NCBI RefSeq assembly: GCF_009834535.1
Contig: NC_045696.1
Location: 95,730,001-95,794,000, forward strand
DNA from: Camelus ferus
Taxonomy: Eukaryota
Direction: 5' to 3'
Length of the DNA stretch: 64,000 bases
The notes under the pieces were generated by a model. The model saw only the letters and a list, made by a program, of their open reading frames with translations, had not been told where the DNA came from and made no database searches. Below are positions 23,001 to 35,567 of this stretch, in pieces; position 1 is the first letter of the stretch, and every line of letters starts with the position of its first letter. Both the position numbers and the translations under genes were made by a program.

Positions 23001-26000
23001 TGCAAAGGTGAAGCCATCTGATACTTCCTTAGTCTCATGCAAGCATTCCCGGACATGTCACACAATAGCAGCAGTATGACTCAGCTTAAAGGCTAACTGG
23101 GAAAGTTTCTGTTTCCTGAGCTTCTTAGGAGAATCTAAGGGCCCCCTGACTAATAGCTTAGTGACTGTCGTGAAGTTAGCAGACAAATTGGCCCCTTCCC
23201 ACTTCATAGCTCTCTCCTGCTTTCCTTTATACAGGTGGTGCTCCTGCCAGTGAGAAATGCTGGGGGGCGGGGGTGCCTTCAATAAACTGTTTTAAATGTA
23301 AATGGATATATGTCCATGAATGACTGAAAAATTGTGCTGAACACTGGAATTTGACACAACATTGTAAAATGATTATAAATCAATAAAAAATGTTTAAAAA
23401 AATGTAAATGGCTATAGTAATGCGCTACATTGATTTACAGCAGGTTTGGTCACAGGTTAGCAAGTTGTTTTTCTACAGCAAAAAGTTAAATTTATTTGGT
23501 GGCCTTTTGTTCCCCAATGTTCAATAACAGTACATTTCATAAATTATACTTTTGGGGGGTCAGGTTATGTTATCTAGATGGAGCACATCAAATTTGTTGC
23601 CTTTCTATTCAGCTAGAACTCCTCAGTGTCCATAATGTCAGAGACATCAAAACCTGACATTCTAAGTTTGTGAGCAGATTCCAGGATTCTTAGAAAGAAA
23701 GAAAGACATTTGTTCATAAGGGGAGATAAATTTGGCAAGAATCATACAAATCAAAACTAGAATATCTTCTCTAACTCTTGAGAAGAGTCTTGATTTGTGC
23801 CTGGAAACACAATTAATCATTAACATCTATTAGAGTAAGACAAAATCTAGATTTTGGTTACCATTTACATTCTAAAATTATTTCCCCGAACAATTTGGGG
23901 ACTTTTATCACAGCTGAAAATTTGGAATTCATAGGTATTCCCTGAATTGGTGAATATTTGTATAAATGCAAATGAACCTTTAACTATATGAAAAAATCCT
24001 GATTTGGGTTCATGGTAGGCTCCTATGGCAGTTTTCTAGCTTTCTTGAGTATGGAACTCCTAGATTGCTAATTCTGCTCTCATTTTGGCCACCCGCTGTG
24101 CATTTAAAGGAATGTAGCCCTTTTGCATTGAGTGCACCATCAACCTTTTTCTTAGAGCTCTATACTCTTCACTTCACCTACCTACATCTGATGTATTTTG
24201 ATAGATAAGTAGGTGGCTCCTTCTCAGAGGCCTGATTTGCATTCATCTTTTATACAAATCTCTAATCACTAGAGACTTTAAAAGAAATGAAGAAATGATA
24301 CTGGATAGCAAGCTGGAGAAAGTAAAGTTCATTCTATACCTCTTATTTTTTATTAATATAAATTTCAGTTGAGCAAGATTTAAATGTAAAAAGAAAAGTA
24401 CTGGAAGAGACTATGGGTGAATTCTACTGTAATCCTGGGGAAGGCCTTTCCAACTGCTTATCAAAGTCTAGAAGATATAATTTAAACATCGAGAAAATTA
24501 TATTTCTTAAACAAAGAATAAAAAATACTTTATCATGGCCAATTTATTATATTCCTATTAAAAACTAACCGAAAACAGAATTTGCACTTCCTTTCACAAA
24601 GGCCTAATCCCTAGTATGGAAAGAAATAAGAAAGAACAAAAACCCCATTAAAAATTGGGATAATGCAGCTTTTCAGGTAGTTCAAAGAAAAGAAATACAA
24701 GTAGCTCTTAAACATGAAGGATTCTAGAACTTACTCTTACTAAGAGAAACACAAAATAAAGTTGTACTAAGATACAGTTTATCATTTCTGTTGATAAAAC
24801 AAAATTGAGAAAAATTACAATATACTTTGTTGAGAAGCTGACAGAACATGGAAATTTTCATACCTTTTTGGTAGGAGTGGGAAATTGTTATAGGGCAATT
24901 TTGCAATAATTAGCAAAATTCCAACTGGCTCAACAATCCTGCTTCATAGATTTATCATAGACAAAACCCAGCATCCAATTGTTTTTTTTAAGTATTATCA
25001 TTTTATTGTTTGTGATAACAAAATGCTAAAAAGAACAAAAGTTTACACCTCAAGTAGTCCTTAAATGAACTATGGTTTGTACACATAATGAATCCCTTAT
25101 AGCATGTAAAAGAATGAGGGGGCTTTATATGTGAAGACGTGGAAACATCTATAGGACATACAATTAAATTAAAAATGTAAAAACCACAATAGAATATTTA
25201 TGTTGCTTATGTAAGAATGAAAGGGGGATAAGAATTTATCTTTTTATTACTGTATTCATTATTATTGGTATTACTTGTACAAAGAATCCCCAGGATGAAT
25301 GACAAGAAGCTAATAAAACTGGTGCTCTACAGAAGATGGGGCTGAGAATAGAAGGGATAAAGAAAGGAATAGGATCAGGATGTCTCGGTGCATACCTTTT
25401 TCATATTGTTTTGATTTTTGAACTATATGGATGTATTACTATTCAAAAAATAAAATTTATTTAAATTAATTTTTTTTTCAAAAATGGAATGAGCTATGTA
25501 AAATGGTAGTGAGCTCTCAATTCTTGGAAATATGTATGTTGAGACCAAAGATTTCTTCCAGTCAGCACACTAGCATTTTTCAATCTCTACCACCAAACAA
25601 TCTTTGCTGATTACTGTTATATACATAATGGAGAGACAGAGAGAGATAGACAGTGAAAGGAAGTTAATTTTGTAGTGAGAGGGTTAGAGGAATAAACTGG
25701 GTCAGGGTCCCAGTGAAGTAGTCATAATAGAGATAATAGATCTAGTGGCAATAATCCATTGCCACTAACTACACCTCTCATGGTTTTTATTAGGCATTCG
25801 TAGTCAGCCAATCTATAGCATAAGAACCTACTTGCATGTCTATAGTATATACTCCAAATCCATTATTAATGTTTAAATGTCATGGTTAACTACAGAGTAG
25901 CTCAAACATATGCCTCCTGAGCTTTGTATGAAATTTTAAAATCACACAAGAGTAGAAAAAGTAAAATAAAAATTGTCACACACATATTTTTACTTTACTG

Positions 26001-26347
26001 CTACTAGAATAGATCATTTTAGAAATATAACCTGAATGTCTCCTTGGTCATCTTGTTAGTGGTCTGCTTTGAGGTCATTCAGAGATATAGTAATCAGCAA
26101 ATTTGACAATAGGAAGCCAAGGCAAATGTAGAACTTGAAAAGACAAAACAAAACAAAACTAGAATCTTAGAAAACTTTCCTCTCTTGATGAATAAATGTT
26201 TTCACTTACCAGATATGATGTCGTTTTAAAAATAGCATTTAACAGCATAATTTTCCATGGTTCTTCAACATTGTCTGGGAGAGGTTCATAAATATAATTT
26301 GCTATAAGGAGTCCCAATATCAGGGAGTGAAAGAATTTTTTCCCCAT
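9025..26347 (-). CDS. AADAC: Arylacetamide deacetylase (AADAC or close AADAC-like paralogue), 5 coding exons, 399 aa; span includes introns
   Basis: Exons of 138+223+70+172+597 = 1200 nt join in frame with GT-AG introns. The protein runs [31 protein letters not shown]...HGGGWC...[15 protein letters not shown]...[10 protein letters not shown]...FHG...WLDENL, with the same length and colinear motifs as human AADAC. Orthologue versus paralogue is not resolved. Confidence 0.93.
10997..11035. repeat. (TG)n microsatellite
   Basis: Direct reading. Confidence 0.95.
11749..11930. mobile_element. MER5-like hAT DNA transposon
   Basis: TTTCTCAAATT...AATCACTTG...TTTGCATCTCTAACAAGTGCCCAGATGCTGCTAATGCTGCTAGTCCACAGAC. 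Confidence 0.7.
13001..13148 (+). mobile_element. Camelid-type tRNA-derived SINE
   Basis: GGGAGGATATGGCCCAGTGGTAAAGTGTGTGCTTAG...GGGTTCAATCACCAGTACC (A/B boxes), A-rich tail, TSD AAAATCCAAA(G/A)TGACAG (12984-13000, 13149-13165). Confidence 0.85.
13400..13630 (+). mobile_element. L1M 3' end fragment
   Basis: GGACTTTGGATGACTATGATGTGTCAGTATAAGTTCATTAATTGTAACAAATGTACCACTCTG...CTAAACTGCTCTAAAAATA. Confidence 0.75.
14284..14455 (-). CDS. AADAC: AADAC exon 4 (172 nt, nucleophile GDSAG)
   Basis: Acceptor [24 protein letters not shown]...[18 protein letters not shown]; donor CAG|GTAAAA. Confidence 0.95.
15531..15600 (-). CDS. AADAC: AADAC exon 3 (70 nt; not in the ORF track in this frame)
   Basis: Acceptor TTTCAG|CT; (A)[22 protein letters not shown](N); donor AA|GTAAGA; phases 1 and 2 match the neighbouring exons. 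Confidence 0.95.
16477..16851 (+). repeat. Left arm of inverted repeat flanking AADAC exon 2 (intron 2)
   Basis: Reverse complement of 18137-18513; the ORF track shows near-identical translations on opposite strands. Confidence 0.95.
17789..18011 (-). CDS. AADAC: AADAC exon 2 (223 nt, HGGG oxyanion motif)
   Basis: Acceptor [44 protein letters not shown]...[17 protein letters not shown]; donor G|GTAAGG. Confidence 0.95.
18137..18513 (-). repeat. Right arm of inverted repeat flanking AADAC exon 2 (intron 1)
   Basis: Reverse complement of 16477-16851; one mismatch over the 116-nt core. Confidence 0.95.
19070..19265 (-). mobile_element. MER2-like TcMar-Tigger MITE
   Basis: TA|CAGTCAGCCCTC...TGAGCATCCACAGATTTTGGTATC...AACTG|TA; terminal inverted repeats with TA target site. 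Confidence 0.7.
19330..20230 (+). mobile_element. Ancient L1 ORF2 endonuclease fragment
   Basis: ACAGCAGAAATACACATTCTTTTCAACTGCATG...AAATCATACAGAGTATGTTCTCTG. Confidence 0.7.
20455..22856 (+). mobile_element. hAT-Tip100 (MER45R/Zaphod-like) DNA transposon fossil with decayed transposase C-terminus, split by L1
   Basis: [24 protein letters not shown] and [13 protein letters not shown] hAT dimerisation residues; right end TTTTGCACTGGACTCGACAAATTATATAGCCAGCCATG. Confidence 0.6.
21101..22455 (+). mobile_element. L1 ORF2 (RT to C-terminus) fragment with internal deletions
   Basis: ORF track: [24 protein letters not shown] and KLSLYADG...[18 protein letters not shown]. Confidence 0.9.
23306..23399 (+). 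mobile_element. Young camelid-type L1 3' tail
   Basis: GACTGAAAAATTGTGCTGAACACTGGAATTTGACACAACATTGTAAAATGA + A tail; TSD AAATGTAAATGG. Confidence 0.8.
26210..26347 (-). CDS. AADAC: AADAC exon 1 (aa 1-46, N-terminal signal-anchor)
   Basis: ATG at 26347-26345; [46 protein letters not shown]; donor CTG|GTAAGT at 26210/26209. Confidence 0.93.
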
Positions 26348-26399
26348 ATTGCAACTGTTCCGTTTCTTAAACAAGACAATATTATACCTCGTTTCAGTG

Positions 26400-26600
26400 C
26401 CTGAGACTAAATAGACAGGGGCAAACCCCACCCAGAATTACATCATTTCTGGCCCCCAGAGTTTGCTCATTAGCACAACAGGTTATCACATGGCAGGCAC
26501 TAAGGACTGGTGCTGCTGCTGAGAGCTCAAGTTTCAGTGTGCAGTTTATAAAAGTGAATACTCACATTCTGACCAGTCATGTCAAATCTGGAGACGTGTA
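26400..26600 (-). promoter_or_regulatory. AADAC proximal promoter region with TATA-like TATTTA
   Basis: Minus strand reads CTGTCTATTTAGTC ~60 nt upstream of the ATG; supported by position only. Confidence 0.35.
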
Positions 26601-27672
26601 TGTTACTTCTCAAAGATTCTGAAAAATAGAGTAGAAGGACATTGCCCCTAGAAGAGAGGAAAACAAAGGGATTCATTAAAAAGTTCTGCTGCATCTTTTA
26701 TGATATATTTCTATTATCTTATTGAATCTTTAATAAAAGCTAAGTAATTACATGCAAATTGATTATCTTAAGTGCTATGTAGTGATTGGAGTAGTTCTGG
26801 AGTGAATAATGGAAAACTTTGTTGCACCAAGTATTAGATCTGCTAATACTTGTTTGGTAAACTGGGGAAGGATAAAGGACTTTGTAAAATAAAATACACT
26901 GAAGCAGACTTTGTACATCCAATTTTTAAAGTGTTATTTCTCAGTTTAATATATAACTTGCTCTTTCAAATCCTATTTTGGTTAATATATAACTTCAATT
27001 GGTATGTTATTAAATAACCCTACTGAATAATATCAGAAATGAAGATGTCCCATGCATGTCCTTAAGCTAATTCTGCTCACTTTAATGTAAAATTGTGTCT
27101 TTGCCACTGTTCTACTTCCTAGAAAGCAAGAAAAAGAATTTGGATAATCACCTTCTGCTGTGTTGTCAAGGGAATTCCAACATAGAAGCTGGGTGGTATA
27201 AAAGGAAAAATTTTAAGTTACAGCTCTACATGCCCAGGAGAAAATAAAAATTTAATGCTGTGTTTCACTGCAACACTTCTAACACTAATTCTCTTAAAGA
27301 ACCATGAATTTTAAGTAACTCTGACCTGAATTTAACTGGAGATTCTTTCCTAATGATCAAGGGGACTTATATACAGACTTGGGGACTCATCAGTACTACC
27401 TGGAGAGTTAGTTTTCAATTCACAATTACCACAGCCATTGTCCTTTCAGTCTTTGGTTCTTAAAAATATCTACTTTTCCTTCTCTAAAAATGACTCAGTG
27501 AATTTCTTGTCTGTTAATGGTACTCTGTCTGGCAATCAACACAGCATTAAAACAAAACAATACAAATTTTCATATAGTCTTTGTCTTATTATTTGACAGT
27601 AGGGAAAAGGCATTGGACAGGATTAAATAGCAGTTTAAGGTCCAGGGGAGAATGTTTAAAGATCACCTATCC

Positions 27673-27675
<3 letters not shown>

Positions 27676-27726
<51 letters not shown>
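27676..27726. repeat. (CT)n microsatellite ~1.3 kb upstream of the AADAC ATG
   Basis: Direct reading. Confidence 0.95.
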
Positions 27727-27730
<4 letters not shown>

Positions 27731-28168
27731 CTCTGTCTCTGTCTCTGTCACTTTCTCAACAGTTTCTTTCTTAAAATATATACTTTAGTTTTAAAAAACT
27801 AGGATGAAAATTAGTAGTAAGTCATAGTAATAGATATTAATAATAGAAATTGTGGGCAATAATTCTCTTATCAAAAAGCAAAACTTTCTCAGATAAAAAT
27901 AGGTATGTGAAAATTAAACTTCATCATTAAGAGACTTTCTTTCTTTCAATTTCTTGAGGAACCTCCATACTGTTTTCCAGTGGCAGTACCAGTGTACACT
28001 CCTACCAACAGTGTACCAGGGTTCTCTTTTCTCCACATCCTCACTAGGATCTGTCTTTTGTCTTTTTGAAAACAGTCATCTTAATAGGTGTGAGGTGATA
28101 TCTCATTCTGGTTTTGACGCTGATGATTAGTGACAGTGAATACTTTTTCATGTATCTGTTGGCTATTT

Positions 28169-29644
28169 TGATGTAAGAAATTTTCATATATTGAGATATG
28201 AGGAAGTCATCCTGGATTATATATGACTTGGCTTGAACTTTATGCCAACCAGAACAGCCTGTCATGGCCTGTCAAACATCTATTGTACATCTGCTTTAAC
28301 CACTGAAAAAAAAAAAAAAAAAGCAATTACCAGATTGTTTAGAACATCCACTTTGAAGATAGGGATAAATACTCCGCCGTTCCTATGTCACTAATACTAG
28401 TACTCCTTTGAAGATGAGGTTTTCTCCCCAGACACCAAAATCATTCTGCTGACTCACTGTATACATGCTATCCTGTCTCTTTTGAAAACTTGAAGGAATG
28501 TATGCTTGTCATGTTTGATATTTGTTCTTTGTTCTGACAAGATATAAAATGCATCCAAAGGGCATCTAAAATGGAGCCAGGTGGCCAGTGTGGATGTGGT
28601 TTTAGACATATTCCTGTATCACTGAGAACTTCAATTTTCTGAATTATATAAAATTCAAAGACACCACCAGCCAGGCTCAAAATATTATCTGCTAGTGTTA
28701 CCAAACCTGGATTTGGGTCCGCTCACCCAACATACAGCAAAGTCAATCTGCTGACACTGGATAGTGGTGAAGGAAAGTATAGCATTTATTGCAGGGCATC
28801 AAGCAAGGAGAATAGGCAGCTAGTGCTCAAAAGACCTGAACTCTTCGATGGCTTTGAGGGAAGAGTATTTAAAGGCAACATTAGGGGTGTGGATTGCAGG
28901 GTGCCTGATAAGCTTGTGGACATTCTTCTGATTGGTTGGTGGTGAGGTAACGGGGGGGGGGGGGACGGCAGTAAGCATCATCATCCTTCTGGTATCAACC
29001 AGTCTGGGTCTTTGTGCTTATGGTAAGCAGTTTCCATCTGTGGGAGTCTGATTTCTGTGAAAACAACTTAGGAATATGCATCAAACATTGTTATCAATGT
29101 TCTTCAGGGAGATGCTATCTCTGCTATATGGCCAATTTATTGTTTAAAGTGTTATCAGTTTCTAAGCCCAATAGCTATTCTTTGTTGCTACATATTCACA
29201 TTTTCCTAATCATTAACTTTAGAGCCAGATGTTTGAGACTCAGAGGAGGCATGAAACAAAGCCTTTTACTTCAAGAGACAAGGAACACAGGGTGCTTGGA
29301 TATCCAAGAGGGTCCCAAAGGGTCCTGCTCAGTTTCACTAGTATCTGTCAGCTGCAACCTTATGGTTTCAAGGTCTCCCCTTGTGACTATGCAATCATTT
29401 CAGACCCCAACCAATCCTTGCTTAACAAGTACCCTTATTTCTTGCCAGCTTCAATCCTAATTCTTCACAAAGAATTTATGTAACTGTGAGTTTTGCCTAT
29501 AATATATGCCTTCTCTATTTTATAGTGTGGCAGTACTCAATTCAAGTGCTTTTTGAATCTGTGCCTCCTGGGCTATATCCACAGTTTGGCTCAAGTAGAA
29601 CTCTTCTACTCCTACTATAGATTGTATATTAATTATTTCCAACA
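28169..29644 (+). mobile_element. Solo LTR (ERV1-type) inserted in L1
   Basis: TG...CA termini with TSD ATTT (28165-28168, 29645-29648); contains a nested LTR. Confidence 0.75.
28696..29337 (-). mobile_element. Solo LTR nested in the previous LTR
   Basis: TGTTACC...GTTTCA with TSD CTAG; related to the LTR at 55520-56069. Confidence 0.8.
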
Positions 29645-30025
29645 ATTTGTATGTCTCCTTTGAAAAATGTCTATTCAGATCCTTTGCCCATTTTTAAAAG
29701 TGTTACTTGGGTGTTGTTGTTGTTGTTGTTGTTTTTGCTTTTGAGTTGTATGAAGTATTTGTATATTTGGATATTAACCCTTTATTGGATATGTCATTTG
29801 CAAATATTTTCTCCCATTCCATAGGCTGCCTTCTCATTTTATTAATGGCTTCTTTTGCTGCACAGCAGCTTTTTAGTTTGATATAGTCCCACTTGTTTAT
29901 TATTCCTCTTGCTGCATTTGCTTTTGGTGCCAAATCCAAAAAATCATTACCAAGACCAATGTCAAGATATCTGTACTCCCGTGTTTACTGCAGTATCATT
30001 CACAGTAGCCAGGTATGGAAAAAAC

Positions 30026-30540
30026 TGCTACCAAGCAAGTTTATGACTAACATGCATAAAAGCCAATAATACTATTGCACTGCTGTTTGAGGAAAGACTT
30101 TTATTGCCAGGTTGAAGGACAAGGAGACAAGAGGCAGAGTTCAAATCTGTCTCCATGATTCAGGATTTGGAGCAAAATTTAAGGGGCTAGGAGGAACAAG
30201 CTGGTATGCAGAAACGCTGGTGGGGTAGGTTTTGATAAAAGGGCTTTGGAACTCGTCCATTTATGGCAAGGATGCTAGACGGGCTTCAGCACTGGATCTT
30301 CCTGGACAGTGGACCCTTTGCTTCTGAAAGGGTTCCGGAATTCAGTTCCGGACATGTCCCAGTCCTCCAGTTTGGCTGGGGGTGGGGTTTGGTTCCAAGA
30401 GTTATTTGAGGTCAAAATTTTCTCCTCTGTGAATGCTCTGACTACATGATTAGTATTTTGGTTTTGTTGTCTTTGAAAAACAAGTCAGTATCTTGTTAGA
30501 AACAGGATAGGCCAGTTTGGGCTGGTTCTGTGGTTGTACA
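30026..30540 (-). mobile_element. Solo LTR in L1 3' part
   Basis: TGCTACC...TTTTATTGCC...GGTTGTACA; L1 text resumes on both sides. Confidence 0.6.
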
Positions 30541-33500
30541 ACCTGTGTCGGTCAACAAAGAAGTGGATCAAAAAAAAAATGTGAACCCCCCCACACACAT
30601 ATATTCAGGCTTCACAAATGGAAATACTGTCACTTGCAACAACATGAATGAATCTGGAGGGCATTATGTTGAGTAAAATAAGCCAGACAGAAAAAGACAG
30701 ATACTTACACGTAGAATTTTTTTTTAAGTCAAACTCATAGAAATAGAGAATAGAGAAGTGGTTTCCAGGGGCTTTCTTTACTGAAATATTACCATTTTAA
30801 ATGCTGCTACGCTATACAACATAGGTTTTTTGCTAACGTTGTTCCTGTTTTTTGTTTCCTTATGACAGCTGCAACGTGTTTTCACCAGTGCTCAAAAGAC
30901 AACATTTTTTGATGCCCTTCTCTCCTGCTTCTTAAGGTTTTATTTCATAAGTGCACATGAGAGAGAAAGAGACAGAGACAGAGAGACAGAGAGAGAGGGC
31001 ATAAAAGGCTTCTGTCACCTTCTGCAGCTGCTGCTCTTCTCCTCCCAAGATTATACCACAGGGAAGCTTTTTCAGGATTCTCCCCAATCCTGTGTTTGTG
31101 TGTTTGTGTATGTATTTCTCTTCAAAATAATGTAATTTTGACAGGTTATCTTCCTGATGAATTTTACTGCTTAAGCTGGAAGCCTTAGTAAATTCTATCT
31201 AACCAATCTCTAGGTTTTATTTACAGAATCCCAAGAAGAAAGAGAGGAACCCAAAATCAATATGAAGTAAGAATGCTAAGATCAGTATACTTTCAGCTGA
31301 AATTCTAGTGGGGTGCAGTCTTGCATTCATCACTTTGAGGCCAGTTCAATTTCAGTGTAATCAAAAGTTTGCCATGTGCTAGAGATCAAGAGGCCGACAC
31401 GTTACAGAAAGATAAACCCTCTTCTGTTCAATCATAACCTATGTAATAAGGGTGTTTATTGTTTAAAGGATAGTAAGTATATTATACTTACAATCTTAAA
31501 GATGAGCTAATTGAAATGTGCATAATTACTAGCTGTATAATCAAAGGGCAGGTTCTTAGATTATTCTTTTTTCACCCCATCCCCTCAGATTACTCTTGTT
31601 GCAATAATTTCACTTATAGTAAAGTCCTATTAATTCATATCTAATAGGGCTGTTGTTTGAATTAAACTACTAATAAATATAAGAACTAGGCAAAGAACTT
31701 GGAACCAGGAGGTCTTCAATACATGGTAATATTATAATTACTATTATTTTCACTGTACATATTATTATCATTAAAATTACAGTGAGAAAGGAACACAATC
31801 AAAATTCATGCCCAGATGAATCTGACTTAACCCACTCTTCATTTTAAAAAATTTACCCCTTGGTGCTGTCTAAATTGCTAGACTGAAATATGAAGGGCAG
31901 CAACTTAATGCAAGAACCATAAGTACTGTTCTTGCAAATTGGGTAGCAACGTAGAAAAGGTCAACCTTGTCCAGTGTAGAAAGTGTAGTAGCATAAGAAG
32001 GAATCAAAACCTTCTTCTTGACTGTTGCTGGATTATTAATCCATTTTAAAATGGAGAAAAGAATGCATTCTAATTAGAATTCTATAAACTAAGGGAGTGC
32101 AGCTTTTATATGAATATGAAGAATTTTTTGTTCACTTTTCTCCCCACTGTCCACTGGGATCACCCTCTTTCTTCTAGTTAATATACACTATATAAGAGTC
32201 AAGCAAGTCAGGCTTCCAAGAGTGAGCTGATGGGAAAAGTCTTCCTCCTTATTTGTGAGAAAACACTGAGTATAGAGAAGCACCATGCACAAAGCAAGTA
32301 TGTTTGGGAGCAATGCTGCATGCTAGGAAAACGACGTTTTTCCCTTACGTGGATGTGTACACTAGAGAACAAAAAATGGAAATAAAAATAATGGCACAAT
32401 AGAGCACCATACACAACAACACCATAAAAATACTCATATAAGAGCTTGTCTTTGAACCCAATTTTTGACTTTTTTCTCATATTCAGTTTCACTTATATTC
32501 AAACAAACTTTCAGCCAGACAGGAGATGTAGATGACTTCTAATCTTGCAGCTATGAGTAAATTTCCAAAATATTCTGGGAAATGCTTTTGGAATTTAAAT
32601 AATAACTAAAATCTAGGATCTTATTTTCTGTTACCTAATTGTTAAAATTTAAATATGTTTCCAATAGCAAATTAAGGCTTTTCTCACATGCTTAGAAAAC
32701 AGTTGTGATTCGTGAGTCCTGTATATGATTCTCACTGAATTCATCTCAAGTTTTCAATACCAATCTTTCTTTCCTAGGATTCAGAAATCTGCTCATGTAC
32801 TTGAAATATTATTGTGGATACTGTAAAACATCTCAGGGAGAGAGCAAACTAGTAAGAAAGTGGTTGCATTTACTCCCCTCAATCTTCTCACTCCATCTAG
32901 GAAAAATAGCTTGACCTCAAGCAATTTATCAAATGGGTGCTCGCTAGTTGTTGATGGACTGGAGATTTAACTAAAGCAATACCTACTGCTGCAGAAAGAC
33001 ACAGGCCAACACTGACATATATCATGACACATGCACATAAGCCACTTGAAATAAGGCAATACTGCAATGCAGTGCCTCAACCTGGCAGGGCCATGGGTTG
33101 TATGATGGGAGACAGGAAAGAACTGTGGATTACAAAGAGGAGAAATTGGCTACTTCCTTCATGGACTGGTCCACATGGCTGTAGGTCAGGGAACACAAAA
33201 AAATCTTGGGGAACATCTTTCCTACAGTCAGTATTTTCAACTATATCAGGCTGCAACTTGAGTCCCAAGACCCTGAATGGTTGCATGAAACAAAAGAAAT
33301 AGCTGATGTCATCACTGTTCCTTGTAGTTCTCTCAGTTCTGTGCAAGTTTTGTGGCTTAGGAAACATAATAAGTGCAGTGGGGTTTACAATATGAGTTAG
33401 CATCCATGCTTCTCTGAAGAGAGCATCAAAACAGGCTGAAATCTTATCTGCACATCCTCACCTTTACAGATTCATCTCTATCAAAGTACATGGCATGTTC

Positions 33501-34111
33501 TAATTATTCTCTTTTTCTCTCTCTCAACAGAGGCTTAACATTGAGAGCTTGTTTCAAGGCTATATGTCCATTCTCAAACTCAGAGGCTAGTGTGTAGTAA
33601 CCTTCCATTACAGGTTTGTTTGATAAATAACTTTTTCTTTAACTGTGAGGGAATTACAATACCTCTCTCGCAAAGAATTTAAATCTCTTCTTAAATGTTT
33701 GCTTTCTTTAAAAAAGTTTTTTAATAATAAAAAAGAAAAGCTAATAAAAAAGTTTGCTTTCTTTTTAGTATTTCCTCTCATAATGAGTTATAAGTACACA
33801 TATAATGAAACATTCAATTATAAACAGGATAGTAAAATGTATACTGGGATATTTCTAAATATGTAAGTTAATATTTAAAATATACTCTGGATCTTGTCAA
33901 AATGGTGGAGTAGTAGGACCTTATGCTCACCTCCTATCATGATCACAAAAAATACCACAGGCATTTAATGAAGCTCTGAAAAAGTACAATGCATGTCTTA
34001 TTTTCATTTTCTCATTAGTGATTTGATCATTTTTAGTAATTTTATTAGCACTTATGTTGTTGAATTTGGGTCAGTTTTTCTAGAACATAGCTTCAAGTCA
34101 TTTTTTTAAGT

Positions 34112-34870
34112 TGTTAATAAAGTCTACAAATAATAAATGCTGGAGAGGGTGTGGAGAAAAGGGAACCCTCCTACACTGTTTAGGTGGGAATGTAAATTGG
34201 TATAGCCACTATGGAAAACAGTATGAAGTTTCCTTAAAAAACTAAAAATAGAGCTACCATATGATCCAGCAGTCCTACTCCTGGGCATATAACTGGAAAA
34301 GACAAAAACTCTAGTTCAAAAAGATACACGCACCCCAGTGTTCATAGCTGCACTATTTATAATAGCCAAGACATGGAAGCAACGTCAGTGTCCATCAACA
34401 GATGAATGGATAAAGATGTGGTATATATACACAATGGAATGTTACTCAGCCATTAAAAAGAATGAAATATTGTCATTTGCAGCAATATGGGTGGACCTAC
34501 AGATTATCATACTGAGTGAAGTAAGTCAGACAAAGACAAATATTATATATCACTTACATGAGGAATCTAAAAAATTATACAAATGAATTTATTTACAAAA
34601 AAACCAGACTCACAGACACAGAAAACAAGTTTATGATTACCAAAGGGGAATGAGGGTTAGGGATAAATTAAGAGTATGGGATTAACAGATGTACATCATT
34701 ATGTATAAAATAGATAAACAACAAGGATTTACCATATAGCACAGGGAACTATATTCAATATCTTATAAAAACCTATTATGAAAAAGAATATACATATGTA
34801 TAATTGAATCACTATGTTGTACACCAGAAACTAACATAATAGTGTAAATCACTGTACTTCAGTAAAAAAT
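34112..34870 (+). mobile_element. L1 3' end (ORF2 C-terminus + 3'UTR)
   Basis: ORF MFIAALFIIAKTWKQ..CPSTDEWIKMWYIYTMECYSAIKKNE followed by L1 3'UTR. Confidence 0.9.
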
Positions 34871-35567
34871 ATCTATCAGGAAAAAAAGAGCTTAGCATAG
34901 GTTTTGACATATAGCCAAATAAATGGTAATATCATAGATATTACTACTGTTCATTTTATTAGTATCACTGTTATTAAAGTAAGAAAAGGACATAATCAAG
35001 ATTCAAGCTCAGGTACATCTGTACCCACACAGTGTATTTCATTTCCCTATACTGCTGCCTAAATGGAGTAACTGAGGTACCCAGAAATTCAGCATTTAAT
35101 GTAAGTCATTTAAGGATATCATAAGGCCATTCAGAATGTGGTACAAGAATGGGAAAGGCCATATTTATACAGTATAGAAAGGGAAATGGGAGAAAGACAT
35201 ATGAATAATGAGTGGTAAAGCCTTATTTCCTTTGTTACTTATGAAACAGTCTTTTTATAATTTTGCAAATGGACAAAGAGATAATGCACAATTAGTCCTT
35301 CAAAGCAGAACTTTAAGATTTAAAGATGTGCAGATTGCACATAAACATGAAGAATTGTGTGGTCTAACTCTGCCCAATGTCCACTGGTCATATTCTTCTT
35401 ACTGGGAAACAGGTAGCATAAAAGATTTATGCAAACCAGGCCTCCAAAAGGTGCTGAGGAGAAACACCTCCTTTCTTTTCTATGAGGAAATATCAAGTAG
35501 AGATAGTATTGTGGGGAGTGTAAGGGCCTGGGAGAAAGAAGAGTATTCAGTGGTAAAGTAGCACACG

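Larger units (their letters stand above)
27935..30775. mobile_element. 5'-inverted (twin-primed) L1 carrying three LTR insertions
   Basis: Antisense ORF2-end text to ~29966, then sense 3' portion from ~29966 to ~30775. Confidence 0.75.

Noticed and set aside
26348..26431. 28-aa N-terminal extension of exon 1 in the ORF track
   Set aside because: It starts at a non-ATG codon and overlaps the TATA-like region; homology begins at MGKK (26347).
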